Positions 1-8,845 of a stretch of DNA of 64,000 nt are shown here, piece by piece. The translations under genes were made by a program, and so were the position numbers. The notes below the pieces were generated by a model. That model ran no database searches, was not told the DNA's origin, and was given only the letters and a program-made list of their open reading frames with translations. The stretch is from Myxococcota bacterium (GTDB lineage: Bacteria > Myxococcota_A > SURF-8): the NCBI GenBank assembly GCA_965140415.1, contig OZ223209.1, forward strand, positions 5,152,001-5,216,000. The letters run 5' to 3'. Position 1 is the first letter of the stretch. The number at the start of each line of letters is the position of its first letter.

Positions 1-406
1 ATCGGATATTCAGGCCTCCGTTCTGTCGGTTCAATTGGAACGACTGCCGCAGATGCTCAAAGAGCGTCGCAAGCTGGCGGCGCACTACTATGCGCTGCTT
101 TCCGATACGCCCGGAGTCACGCTGCGCCTGGTTGCCGATGGTGCGCTGCCAAGCTGGCAGAGTTTCGTGGTGACGTTAGCCGACGGCATCGACCGCAACC
201 GGGTGATCGTTATGATGCGCGAGCGCGGGATCGAATGTCAGATCGGCACCTACGCCATGCACCTGCAACCGGTCTATGAAAGTCGCTGCTTATGCCCTCA
301 GTCCGCGCGGCTGTTTCGCCAGGATCTGGCGCTGCCGTTGTTCGTCGGGCTTACGGAATCGCAACAGCAAGAAGTCGTAGACGCGCTTCAAGCCTGCTTG
401 AAATAA
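1..406 (+). CDS. DegT/DnrJ/EryC1/StrS family aminotransferase, C-terminal part (5' end outside window)
   Basis: Translation RRKLAAHYY...SWQSFVV...RERGIECQIGTYAMHLQPVY...LALPLFVGLTESQQQEVV matches the DegT-family C-terminus; followed by sugar-nucleotide genes. Confidence 0.85.
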   Translation, partial: SDIQASVLSVQLERLPQMLKERRKLAAHYYALLSDTPGVTLRLVADGALPSWQSFVVTLADGIDRNRVIVMMRERGIECQIGTYAMHLQPVYESRCLCPQSARLFRQDLALPLFVGLTESQQQEVVDALQACLK

Positions 407-416
407 GGATCGATCG

Positions 417-1388
417 ATGGATTTCGAAGGCAAACGCATTCTGGTTACTGGGGGAGCAGGCTTTATCGGCAGCCATCTTGTTGATGGTCTGATCGAACAG
501 CGACCCGAAGCACTGGGTGTCATCGACAATCTGTTCCTTGGAAAAGAGCGCAACCTCAATCACGCGCGGCAGCATTTCCCGGATCTGAAATTCTACCCGG
601 AGTCGGTGGCCGATGAACGCGCCTTCGAACATGTGCTGCGCGACTTTAAACCGCAGCTCGTTTTCAACCTGGCGACGATTCCGCTACCGACCAGTCTGGA
701 GCGCCCGCGCTGGGCCTATGCCGAAAATATCGCCATCGGTTTGAATGCCCTGGAATTCCGACGGCTGGGACTGTTCGAACACCTGGTTCATTTCAGCACC
801 TCCGAAGTCTACGGCAGCGCATTGACAGACGCGATCAGCGAAGAGCACCCGCGCGATTCTCACACGCCCTATGCATCATCCAAAGCCGCCAACGACAACC
901 TGATCGCGGCGTATGAAAAAACCTTCGGCATCAAGACCTTGATTCTGCGGCCTTTCAACAACTACGGCCCCAGGCAGAACGAAGGTTCCTATGCGGGGGT
1001 GATTCCGAAAACGATCAAAGCGCTACTGGAAGGAAAACCGGCGCTGTTGTATGGCGACGGCGAACAGACACGCGACTTTATTTTCGTGAAGGATTGCGTA
1101 GGCCTGACCATCGAGGCGGCCAAACGCCTGGAGCTCTACGGCTCGGATTACAATCTCGGCTCGGGTCGGGAAGTGAAAATCGGCTGCCTGATTCGCGAAA
1201 TCTGCCGCCAACTCGACCAGCCGGACAACGTCGTAGAAGAGCCGGCGCGAGCGGGCGACGTGCGCCGCCATATGGCGGACATGTCGAAGCTATACGGCAA
1301 ACTCGGCTTGAAACCCGAAACCGATTTCGAAAATGGATTGCGGCAAACCATCGACTGGTATCGACGCCGCTTGCAAGAAGACTCCTAA
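417..1388 (+). CDS. NAD-dependent nucleotide-sugar epimerase/dehydratase (extended SDR)
   Basis: TGGAGFIGSH Rossmann motif, STSEVYG, catalytic YASSK, RPFNNYGPRQ, GDGEQTRDFIFV. Confidence 0.93.
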   Translation: MDFEGKRILVTGGAGFIGSHLVDGLIEQRPEALGVIDNLFLGKERNLNHARQHFPDLKFYPESVADERAFEHVLRDFKPQLVFNLATIPLPTSLERPRWAYAENIAIGLNALEFRRLGLFEHLVHFSTSEVYGSALTDAISEEHPRDSHTPYASSKAANDNLIAAYEKTFGIKTLILRPFNNYGPRQNEGSYAGVIPKTIKALLEGKPALLYGDGEQTRDFIFVKDCVGLTIEAAKRLELYGSDYNLGSGREVKIGCLIREICRQLDQPDNVVEEPARAGDVRRHMADMSKLYGKLGLKPETDFENGLRQTIDWYRRRLQEDS

Positions 1389-1401
1389 ACTGAGGGCACA
1401 C

Positions 1402-2034
1402 ATGCACAGCGAGAAGACGTTCATTCATCCAACGGCGGAAGTTTCCGAGCAGTCGCAGATCGGCGATGGCTGCCGAATCTGGAACGGCGCGAAAGTACGC
1501 GAACAGGCAAACATTGGAAACGGCTGCACCATCGGCCAGAACGTCTACATCGATACGCAGGTTTGTATCGGCGAGCAGAGCAAGATTCAAAACGGCACCA
1601 GCGTATATCGCGGCGTGTCGATCGGCGCGCGTGTGTTCGTGGGACCGATGACGGTGTTCACCAACGACCGCTATCCGCGCGCGGAGATCTGGAACGACGA
1701 GCGGCTGGGATACACCGTGCTGGAAGACGGCTGCTCCATCGGCGGCGGGGCGGTCATCGTTTGCGGTAGCGAGTCACAGCCTCGGCGCATCGGCGCATAC
1801 GCGTTGGTGGCGGCGGGAGCGGTCGTCACCCGCGACGTTCCCGCTCATGCGCTGGTAGCCGGTAATCCGGCGCGCATAACGGCTTTTGTAACACGCGAAG
1901 GCTTTCCGGCAACGGAAGTGGTGAGCCAAAATGAACATGCGGTGCAACTTAAGGCGTCGCAGTCTGAAGATGCGGTGTCTATCGATCGGGTGTTGTACGA
2001 ACGATGGCTGAATGAAAGGGTGAAACATGGATAA
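1402..2034 (+). CDS. Hexapeptide-repeat N-acetyltransferase (WbpD-like)
   Basis: FIHPTAEV, left-handed beta-helix repeats, VFTNDRYPR, VAGNPAR; ATG at 1402 with GAGG upstream. Confidence 0.88.
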   Translation: MHSEKTFIHPTAEVSEQSQIGDGCRIWNGAKVREQANIGNGCTIGQNVYIDTQVCIGEQSKIQNGTSVYRGVSIGARVFVGPMTVFTNDRYPRAEIWNDERLGYTVLEDGCSIGGGAVIVCGSESQPRRIGAYALVAAGAVVTRDVPAHALVAGNPARITAFVTREGFPATEVVSQNEHAVQLKASQSEDAVSIDRVLYERWLNERVKHG

Positions 2035-3052
2035 CGACCTGCGTATCGGCATCATCGGTCTGGGTCAGATGGGCTGCAACCATCTGCGCGTGCTTTCTTC
2101 ACTGCCGCAAGTCAACGAAATCCAGGTGGTGGAATCCGACGACGACAAGCGCGAAAACAACACCGCGAAATACCGCGTGGCCAAGTCTTATAAGCACCTG
2201 AGCGATTTTCTGGATTCGGCCACGGTAGACGCCTGCATCATTGCCGTGCAGCCGGAGTACCATTACGAAATCGCCCGGCAGTGCTTTGAACGCTGTATTC
2301 CCGTGCTGCTGGAAAAACCGATCGCCCATTCGCGCGAAGACGCGGCGGCCATCGTACAGGCGGCCAAAGCGAGCGACTGCCTTTGCCTGGTGGGTCATAT
2401 CGAACGCTTCAATCCCGTGGTGCGCAAGGCCAAAACCTTTATCGAAGAGGGGCGCGTGGGTAAGCCCTATCTCTGTAACACGCGTCGGGGCGGCCCCTTC
2501 CCCAAGCGACTTTTAAGCACCAACGTCGGGGTGCTGGTCGATCTGGCGGTACATGATGTCGATATCATCCAGTATTTAAGCAGCTCTCTGATTCGCGACG
2601 TGCAGTCGATGTTCATCAAAGCGGAGGAGCGCGAGATTTTCGCCAAGGCACTGTACCGCTGCGAATGCGATATGGCCGGTTCGATGGAATTTTCCTGGGT
2701 GTCGCCGCAGAAGGTGCGCCGCTTTCAATTGTTCGGCGCACTGGGGTTGATCGAGGGCGACTACATTTCTCAGAGTCTGCACTTTTACGAAAACGCCGAT
2801 ATCAACGCCGAAGACGATCCCTGGGCTACCAAGCATCTGGTCGCGGGGCGCATCGCCTCCGGGCGCATCATCGAGTATCCCGTCTGGCGCTCGGAACCTT
2901 TGCAACTGGAACTGGAACATTTTCTGGCTTGCGTGCGCGGCGAAGCCACGCCGGAAGTAACGCCGCAAATGGCCGCCCAGGTAGTGGATGTGGTACTGGA
3001 CATCAGCGAGAAAGGCGCGAACAGCCCCACCACGATTCGCTGTGAGCTGTGA
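2027..3052 (+). CDS. Gfo/Idh/MocA family oxidoreductase (WbpB-like)
   Basis: GIIGLGQMG, LLEKPIA, VGHIERFNP, DLAVHDVD. Confidence 0.9.
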   Translation: MDNDLRIGIIGLGQMGCNHLRVLSSLPQVNEIQVVESDDDKRENNTAKYRVAKSYKHLSDFLDSATVDACIIAVQPEYHYEIARQCFERCIPVLLEKPIAHSREDAAAIVQAAKASDCLCLVGHIERFNPVVRKAKTFIEEGRVGKPYLCNTRRGGPFPKRLLSTNVGVLVDLAVHDVDIIQYLSSSLIRDVQSMFIKAEEREIFAKALYRCECDMAGSMEFSWVSPQKVRRFQLFGALGLIEGDYISQSLHFYENADINAEDDPWATKHLVAGRIASGRIIEYPVWRSEPLQLELEHFLACVRGEATPEVTPQMAAQVVDVVLDISEKGANSPTTIRCEL

Positions 3053-3087
3053 TAAGGTTCCCTTATAATCTCTCCAAGCACCTGGTT

Positions 3088-3172
3088 GGGTGGGCTAACC
3101 GTAGGTTGCCCATACGCAAAAGCAAGAACACGGGCAAGCTTCATTTCATTCCGCTTGGCCACGTGCCACCCT
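3088..3172. repeat. Diverged REP/BIME-like palindromic element related to copies at 12568 and 44552
   Basis: GGGCTAACCGTAGGTTGCCC...CACGGGCAAGCT...TCCGCTTGGCCACGTGCCACCCT shares blocks with the other two copies; lies between convergent genes. Confidence 0.6.
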
Positions 3173-3189
3173 TTTTTAAGCCACCTATT

Positions 3190-3963
3190 CTACCTACAAT
3201 ACAATCTCTCCAAACACGCCTTCACAGCCTGAAAGAAGGCATTGTCGGGCAGATCGAGGAAGCTGCTGCCGGCCATGTCAGCGCGGCGGATGGCATCTTC
3301 TTCGGGCAACCAGCCCAATAGCGGCAGTTGTTTCGGTAGCGATAGTTCGTCGAGCTCCGATTCCGCATGGATACGATTTAAAATCAGGGACGCGGACTGG
3401 TAGTGAATCGCAGCCTGCGCCACCTCCCAGATATTGCGCGCGGCGGCCAAGCCTTTTACGGACCCATCCGACACCGTGATCAACTGCGTTACGCGCTCCA
3501 TCACACGGCGGTTGACCTGTTCGACACCCGCCTCACCGTCGATGATGACCACATCGAATTCGGCGCTATAGGTCTTGATGAGATCCTTCAACAGCGCGTT
3601 GACCTGACAGTAACAGCCCTCCGTTTCCGGGCGACCAATGGAAAGAAAGGCCAGGTTATCCCGCTCGCGTAGCGCCTGCAACAGGCGGTAGTCCATGCGA
3701 TGCAGGATCTCCTCGCGGTCGGCGTTCAGGCCCTGCTGTAAGTCGGCTATCAGTTCGTTGCGGATCTGATCCACGGTGAGTTTGGCTTCGATCCCCAACG
3801 CAAAGGACAGCCCGGAGGCCGGATCGGCATCGATAGCCAACACGCGCCGATTTGAATCGGCTGTGAGTACGCGCACCAGCGCCGCACTGACGGAGGTCTT
3901 GCCCACGCCGCCTTTACCGCACACCGCGATCAACTGCGGCTCGCGCATTTGGGCATCAGCCAT
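3190..3963 (-). CDS. CooC/AcsF-like nickel-insertion ATPase (MinD/SIMIBI class)
   Basis: GKGGVGKT deviant Walker A, IDADP, GRPETEGCYCQVN (CxC metal motif), IDGEAGVEQVNRR. Confidence 0.85.
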   Translation of the reverse strand: MADAQMREPQLIAVCGKGGVGKTSVSAALVRVLTADSNRRVLAIDADPASGLSFALGIEAKLTVDQIRNELIADLQQGLNADREEILHRMDYRLLQALRERDNLAFLSIGRPETEGCYCQVNALLKDLIKTYSAEFDVVIIDGEAGVEQVNRRVMERVTQLITVSDGSVKGLAAARNIWEVAQAAIHYQSASLILNRIHAESELDELSLPKQLPLLGWLPEEDAIRRADMAGSSFLDLPDNAFFQAVKACLERLYCR

Positions 3964-4693
3964 GATCGGCCTCCCCGTTACGATGCGCGTGCATGGCGCG
4001 CAGTGCGTCTACCTCGTTGCAGACATCGTTGTATTCGCAACTGTCGCAGTCCAAGGAATATTCCGCCGCGATCCTGTCCATGGCGCGGGTACGTCGCTCG
4101 GCCTGTTTCCCGATTTGCTGCAATGCGCTCACATCCTGGCTACTGCTCGTGACCAGCAGAATTTCCGCCGCCTTAACCAGCGGATGCGAACGATACAGGC
4201 GCAGCCACTCGCCGCCCAGCGCCGCCAGCGTTCCGCCCTGCGCTAACGCCTGTTTGCTTACCCGGCTCCACTCGCGCCCATACTGACTGACCGCGCGCAG
4301 CATATAGCCGGACAGTTCTAGCTCGAATCGCAAGCGGTCCAATTCCCGTTGACGCTCGAAGGCATTGTCGGTAGTGAAATCGGAGACGCCAAGTAATAGC
4401 ACCTTGCCAAATGGAAGCTGCGGCTGATCCATCTCGCTCAATTCGGAACCGAGCAGGCTGACGTGGCCATCGTGAATGATTTCCCTTTGATTACTCCAGA
4501 GCAGAAAGGCCGTCGAGATGGAATCGGGATGTCCCAGTTCTACGGCGGTTTCGCTCTGCATGACGATGCGCCCCTTCTGCCCCTCCGGCCAGGCGGGGAG
4601 ATCTTTCTCCTGGTACTGTCGAAACGGCGTGGCATCCTGCCGTTGTGCGACGAAGTCCCGCACGCCGCTGATGAGATCCTCGTACAATTCCAT
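3956..4693 (-). CDS. Stand-alone acetyl-CoA synthase middle-domain-like protein with C-terminal CxxCx5C
   Basis: VELG...DGHVSLLGSELSE...LPFG...EWSRVSKQALAQG resembles ACS domain 2 (DGKIEVIGPDI...WLRVSKDAVAKG); ends CDSCEYNDVC; no A-cluster domain. Confidence 0.65.
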   Translation of the reverse strand: MELYEDLISGVRDFVAQRQDATPFRQYQEKDLPAWPEGQKGRIVMQSETAVELGHPDSISTAFLLWSNQREIIHDGHVSLLGSELSEMDQPQLPFGKVLLLGVSDFTTDNAFERQRELDRLRFELELSGYMLRAVSQYGREWSRVSKQALAQGGTLAALGGEWLRLYRSHPLVKAAEILLVTSSSQDVSALQQIGKQAERRTRAMDRIAAEYSLDCDSCEYNDVCNEVDALRAMHAHRNGEADHG

Positions 4694-4702
4694 TGGGTAT
4701 CC

Positions 4703-5500
4703 TTATGCACTGGCGGCGCGGCTTTGGGTTGCCATGCGTTCGGCAGCGATGCAGGCCGCCCCGAATGCGCCGTTTAACTGCGGCTCGGACAGGCGCACCA
4801 GTTCGACGCCTAACGCTTCGCCCAGCGCCAAGAACATGCCGTCGTTCAAGGCAACCCCACCACTCATCGCGATTGAGGACTCCAAGCCGATGCTCTTTGC
4901 CATGGCCGAGGCGCGCCGAGCCACCGAGCGGTGCAGCGCTTTGATGATATCCGCCGTTTCCTTGCCCTCCGCCACCAACGACAGGATTTCCGTTTCGGCG
5001 AAGATCACGCATTGATTCGACAACTGCAAGTCGCCGCTGGCCTGCTTGGACAGGCTACCTAACTCGCTTAAATCCAGTTCCAGCGCATCGGCTATGATCT
5101 CCAGAAATCGCCCGGTACCCGAGGCGCACTTGTCGTTATACAGATAGCGGGTCACGTTGCCCTGCTCGTCGAAACGCAACGCCTTGGCGTCCTGCCCGCC
5201 GATATCCACCAGCATGCGCACCTGCGGAGCCTGTTCGATCGCCCCGCGCGCGTGGCAAACGATTTCCGATTCCACCTGCTGGCAAAAGGAAATGCGCTTA
5301 CGACCATAGCCAGTGCCTACACAATATTGCAGCTCCTCCAGCTTTGCGCCGCATTGTTGCAGAGCCTGTTGTAACGCGCCCTGCGCCGATTGTTCCGGGT
5401 CGGTGCCGCAACGCACCACGCCGGTAGCCAACAGCTTGCCATCCTTTAAAATCACCGCCTTGGCGCTTAACGAGCCGACATCACAACCTGCAACCATCAT
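4703..5500 (-). CDS. ASKHA-type acyl-CoA dehydratase activase (HgdC/BcrAD family)
   Basis: GCDVGSLSAK, GTGYGR, EIVCHARG, DIGGQDAK, NDKCASGTGRF, NQCVIFAE, SGGVALN. Confidence 0.92.
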   Translation of the reverse strand: MMVAGCDVGSLSAKAVILKDGKLLATGVVRCGTDPEQSAQGALQQALQQCGAKLEELQYCVGTGYGRKRISFCQQVESEIVCHARGAIEQAPQVRMLVDIGGQDAKALRFDEQGNVTRYLYNDKCASGTGRFLEIIADALELDLSELGSLSKQASGDLQLSNQCVIFAETEILSLVAEGKETADIIKALHRSVARRASAMAKSIGLESSIAMSGGVALNDGMFLALGEALGVELVRLSEPQLNGAFGAACIAAERMATQSRAASA

Positions 5501-6288
5501 GCTGCGCCTCCATTTCCCTGTTCCGCCGCCAATAGCGCCGCCCCGATGGCCCCGGCGATCTGCGGATCGTAGCGCCGAATCCGGCGCGTGCGCAGACCGA
5601 GCAGCTTTTCGATTGCCGCCAGTACGCCCTCGTTCTTGGCGACACCGCCTGTCATACAGACCTCGGGTTCGATACCGAGATTATTCACCAAGGTCACAAT
5701 GCGCGAGGCCATGGCGGTGTTGATACCTGCGGCGATATCCTCTACCGCTACGCCGTTATTGAGATGGCGGATGACATCCGCCTGCGCCCAAACGGTGCAG
5801 GCATTGGCAAAGGTCACCGGATTCTTGGATCGGCGCGACATATCGCCCAATTCCTTCAAACCCACGCCGACCACCCCGGCCATCACTTCCAGAAAGCGCC
5901 CCGTACCCGAGGCGCACTTGTCGTTGGCCACGAATTTCCCGATGCTGCCGTCCTCGTTCAGGCGCATCGCCTTGCAATCCTGCCCGCCGACATCGATCAC
6001 CGTTTTCACAGTGGGCGAGAGCCACTTGGCCCCGCGTCCATGGCAGGCGATTTCCGAAATGGCCTCATCCACAAAGGGGAGCTTGTCGCGACCGTATCCG
6101 GTGCCGATGCAGCACTCGATTTGTGCCTGCGTTGCATTGGCCTTTTGCAGGGCCTCGGCCATCACCGCTTCCCCAGACTCCCAGGGCTTGGCTTTCGATT
6201 TGATCACGGCAAAGCTTACGATGCGCCCATTCTTCATCAGCACCGCCTTGCTGGTCAGCGAGCCGACGTCACAGCCTGCAACCATCAT
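5497..6288 (-). CDS. ASKHA-type acyl-CoA dehydratase activase (HgdC/BcrAD family), second paralog
   Basis: GCDVGSLTSK, GTGYGR, DVGGQDCK, NDKCASGTGRF, NACTVWAQ, TGGVAKN. Confidence 0.92.
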   Translation of the reverse strand: MMVAGCDVGSLTSKAVLMKNGRIVSFAVIKSKAKPWESGEAVMAEALQKANATQAQIECCIGTGYGRDKLPFVDEAISEIACHGRGAKWLSPTVKTVIDVGGQDCKAMRLNEDGSIGKFVANDKCASGTGRFLEVMAGVVGVGLKELGDMSRRSKNPVTFANACTVWAQADVIRHLNNGVAVEDIAAGINTAMASRIVTLVNNLGIEPEVCMTGGVAKNEGVLAAIEKLLGLRTRRIRRYDPQIAGAIGAALLAAEQGNGGAA

Positions 6289-7694
6289 GGCAACAACCTC
6301 CTGACCGAAAGAAATTCCTCGAAACGTTCGCGCGTCGCCTCCCAGGATTCCACCCGGTCGTCAAAGGCGTCCGCGTACATGATGTGTGTGGGATAACCGG
6401 CCCGTTCGGTATCGCGGGCGAAAAGCTTTAGCATTCCCCAGGTGTTGCGGCAACCGGGCGTGCCGTTGTATACAATCAGATCCGCGCTGTACATCTTGGC
6501 CAGCGCAAGCGAATCTTCCAGCCACATGTCGCGGGCGTCGTAAGGACCGCGAATCGACTTGACCATCGGCATACGCGAATTCAACCGCGCCAGGCTGTCG
6601 ATCATACGATCCAGATCGCCCATGTCGATGCTGTAGGTGGCGTCTTCCCTGCCTGTTTCGACGGCATAGGCGGAATGAGGCGCCCAATGCTTGCTTAAAA
6701 TGTTTCCCTGTGAGGCGATACCCAATTCGTCCAGCATCTTCCACAATTTCAGATGCTGGGTGTAATGATCGATGTAACAGAAAAACGCCCGCAGGTTTTC
6801 CTTGCCATGCTTCAAGCCGCACAGGTTGTGCTCCGCGTTGTGCTTGGCCACTTTTAACATCGACTCCAGCAGCGTGGTGCATTCCTTCATCCCGGCAAAG
6901 AGAAAGCGCGCGACGTACATCATGAAATTAAAGGTCACCGGCAGCGGCGTTGGCACCAGCCGCGCGAATTCCTCCAGCTCCATGATGATTTCATCCTGGT
7001 ACTGCACTTCCTCCAGGATTCCTTTCAACCGGTCGGCATCCAGCTTTTTGCCGGTGTTCTCTTCCAGAAAACGGATCAGCGCCCGGTAATCCTCGCGGTG
7101 ATACTCGTCGTTGCGCTCGCCGATCAACTCCGGGGGAAAATCGAGTTGGAAAAAGGGTTTCTTTAAATACGCGGCGGTAAAGGAAAAGGCGTTGGCGTTG
7201 GTGTCGCACACGCCGGGTGTATCGGTGACGATCATGTCGATTTCATGCCCGATGCCTGCCAGATAGCCGCCCAGTGCGCCGCGCTGCGAGGAGCAGGAGG
7301 TTTCCGTAAAACCCAATTCGTTGCAGTAATCCAGAAATTCCGCCGTGCCGCGCGGGTAGGTAAGCGTCATGACGCCGCTCATAACTTCCAGGCAGACCGG
7401 TACGATATCCATGGCGTATAATAAGGAAGGCGAAAAGCAGAAGGTGGTGATGGCGCGCTTCTGGCCTCTTTCGTGGGCGAACACGATGTTCTCGAAATAT
7501 TTTGCGCAGACATCGATGAACTTCTGCCCCGGCTCGCCGGTATCGAAGACGGCTTCAATGATGCCTCGGAAGTAGGGCAGGTATTTCAACGACGTCTGAT
7601 ACTCCTTCAAGGAGCCGCTCTTTAAGCGTGCGCCCGCCGCGAAGGTGGAATAGAGCATCCAGTCGAAGGGATATTCCCGAGTTGCATTTCTCAT
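6285..7694 (-). CDS. 2-hydroxyacyl-CoA dehydratase / benzoyl-CoA reductase BcrB-like subunit (HGD-D family)
   Basis: Family Cys motifs TETSCSSQRG, PGVCDTNA, GTPGCRN; FFQLDFP; adjacent activases. Confidence 0.85.
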   Translation of the reverse strand: MRNATREYPFDWMLYSTFAAGARLKSGSLKEYQTSLKYLPYFRGIIEAVFDTGEPGQKFIDVCAKYFENIVFAHERGQKRAITTFCFSPSLLYAMDIVPVCLEVMSGVMTLTYPRGTAEFLDYCNELGFTETSCSSQRGALGGYLAGIGHEIDMIVTDTPGVCDTNANAFSFTAAYLKKPFFQLDFPPELIGERNDEYHREDYRALIRFLEENTGKKLDADRLKGILEEVQYQDEIIMELEEFARLVPTPLPVTFNFMMYVARFLFAGMKECTTLLESMLKVAKHNAEHNLCGLKHGKENLRAFFCYIDHYTQHLKLWKMLDELGIASQGNILSKHWAPHSAYAVETGREDATYSIDMGDLDRMIDSLARLNSRMPMVKSIRGPYDARDMWLEDSLALAKMYSADLIVYNGTPGCRNTWGMLKLFARDTERAGYPTHIMYADAFDDRVESWEATRERFEEFLSVRRLLP

Positions 7695-8845
7695 GAGCGT
7701 CCCTCCCGATGTTTTGCGATCTTTTCCAAAAAGGCGTCGAGACGAATTTTCAGCCGTCCCTTTTCCACCAGCGGCCCGTACTCGCGCTCGATGCGTAGGC
7801 AGGGGATGCCCTCCGCCTCCAGGTCGCGGTCGAACAGGCCGTTTTCCGCGCCGTGAATGTCGCAGAAACGGATATTCTGCAACACCACGCCTTCCACCGC
7901 ACCGCGCCGGATCTTTTCGCGCAGCAATTCCAATCGGTTTTCATATTGCCCGTACATACGCGGGCATTCGTTTTTGGCCAGGTAGTGACTGGCCAGGGTC
8001 TGCACCGGATCGTCTGATACATCTACCGCTTGTAATTGGGAACGCGGTCCGAAGCAGAGGTTATCCGCCACGACCCGCGCGCTTTCGCCTTCAACCAGCC
8101 GCACCAGCTCGACATCATCGTTGGCGCTGCCCACCAGCATCAGGCGAATGCGCCCGTCCTTCGTTTCCTTGCGATTTTCAAATTCTTTCAGTAGCGCCGC
8201 CAGCCGTTCGTTGTAGGCCTCGCGCGGCATCGTCGATGCCGCCAGCACCACAGCCAGCGCCGTTGCGCCGTCGATGGGAGCATCCGGGGAAAGGCGCAGT
8301 TCGTCGAACTGTCGCAGCAATTCCCGTCCCCGGTTGTACAGCTCGATCGACTTCAGCAGTTTGTCATCGGTAAGCGTGACGCCGAAATGCGTTTGCAGTG
8401 CATCGATCAGGCGATGAATTTCATCGCTGAACCATTTCAGGGTGTAGTCGGAGAACTTGTGCGGTACGCCGAAATGAAAGAAGAATCGCGGTACGATACC
8501 GTCGATGTCATCTCCCGCCTTGCGCCAGCATTCATCCAGCCGCCGCATGGAGTCGCAACCGGGAGTGATGATCGCGCCGTCCAAAAAGCTCAGGCGGCCT
8601 TCCCCGGCCAGTTGCAGGAAATGCTTGGGCATGCTGCAAATGAAGGGACCGAAGTAGGTGTCGCCGATGCTGCACTCCTGCGCCTCATGCCCACGCAGGC
8701 GGTACGGCAGGATTCCGGCGGCGTGAAAGATTTCATCCGGCAGATACGAGCAGGTGTAGCCGACGATCTTTTTGCCTGCGCTCTTCCACTCGTCGAGAAA
8801 GGGATTGTGCAGCCGGTTGGCGCTGTGTATCCAGTCGTGAGTCAT
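7691..8845 (-). CDS. 2-hydroxyacyl-CoA dehydratase / benzoyl-CoA reductase BcrC-like subunit (HGD-D family)
   Basis: GKKIVGYTCSYLPDEI, PFICS, GCDSMRR, DNLCFGPR, RFCDIHG, IPCLRIEREY...RLDAFLE. Confidence 0.88.
   Translation of the reverse strand: MTHDWIHSANRLHNPFLDEWKSAGKKIVGYTCSYLPDEIFHAAGILPYRLRGHEAQECSIGDTYFGPFICSMPKHFLQLAGEGRLSFLDGAIITPGCDSMRRLDECWRKAGDDIDGIVPRFFFHFGVPHKFSDYTLKWFSDEIHRLIDALQTHFGVTLTDDKLLKSIELYNRGRELLRQFDELRLSPDAPIDGATALAVVLAASTMPREAYNERLAALLKEFENRKETKDGRIRLMLVGSANDDVELVRLVEGESARVVADNLCFGPRSQLQAVDVSDDPVQTLASHYLAKNECPRMYGQYENRLELLREKIRRGAVEGVVLQNIRFCDIHGAENGLFDRDLEAEGIPCLRIEREYGPLVEKGRLKIRLDAFLEKIAKHREGRS

Noticed and set aside
3190-4693. Functional CODH/ACS (Wood-Ljungdahl) locus
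   Set aside because: No CooS/AcsA, A-cluster domain, CFeSP or methyltransferase genes present
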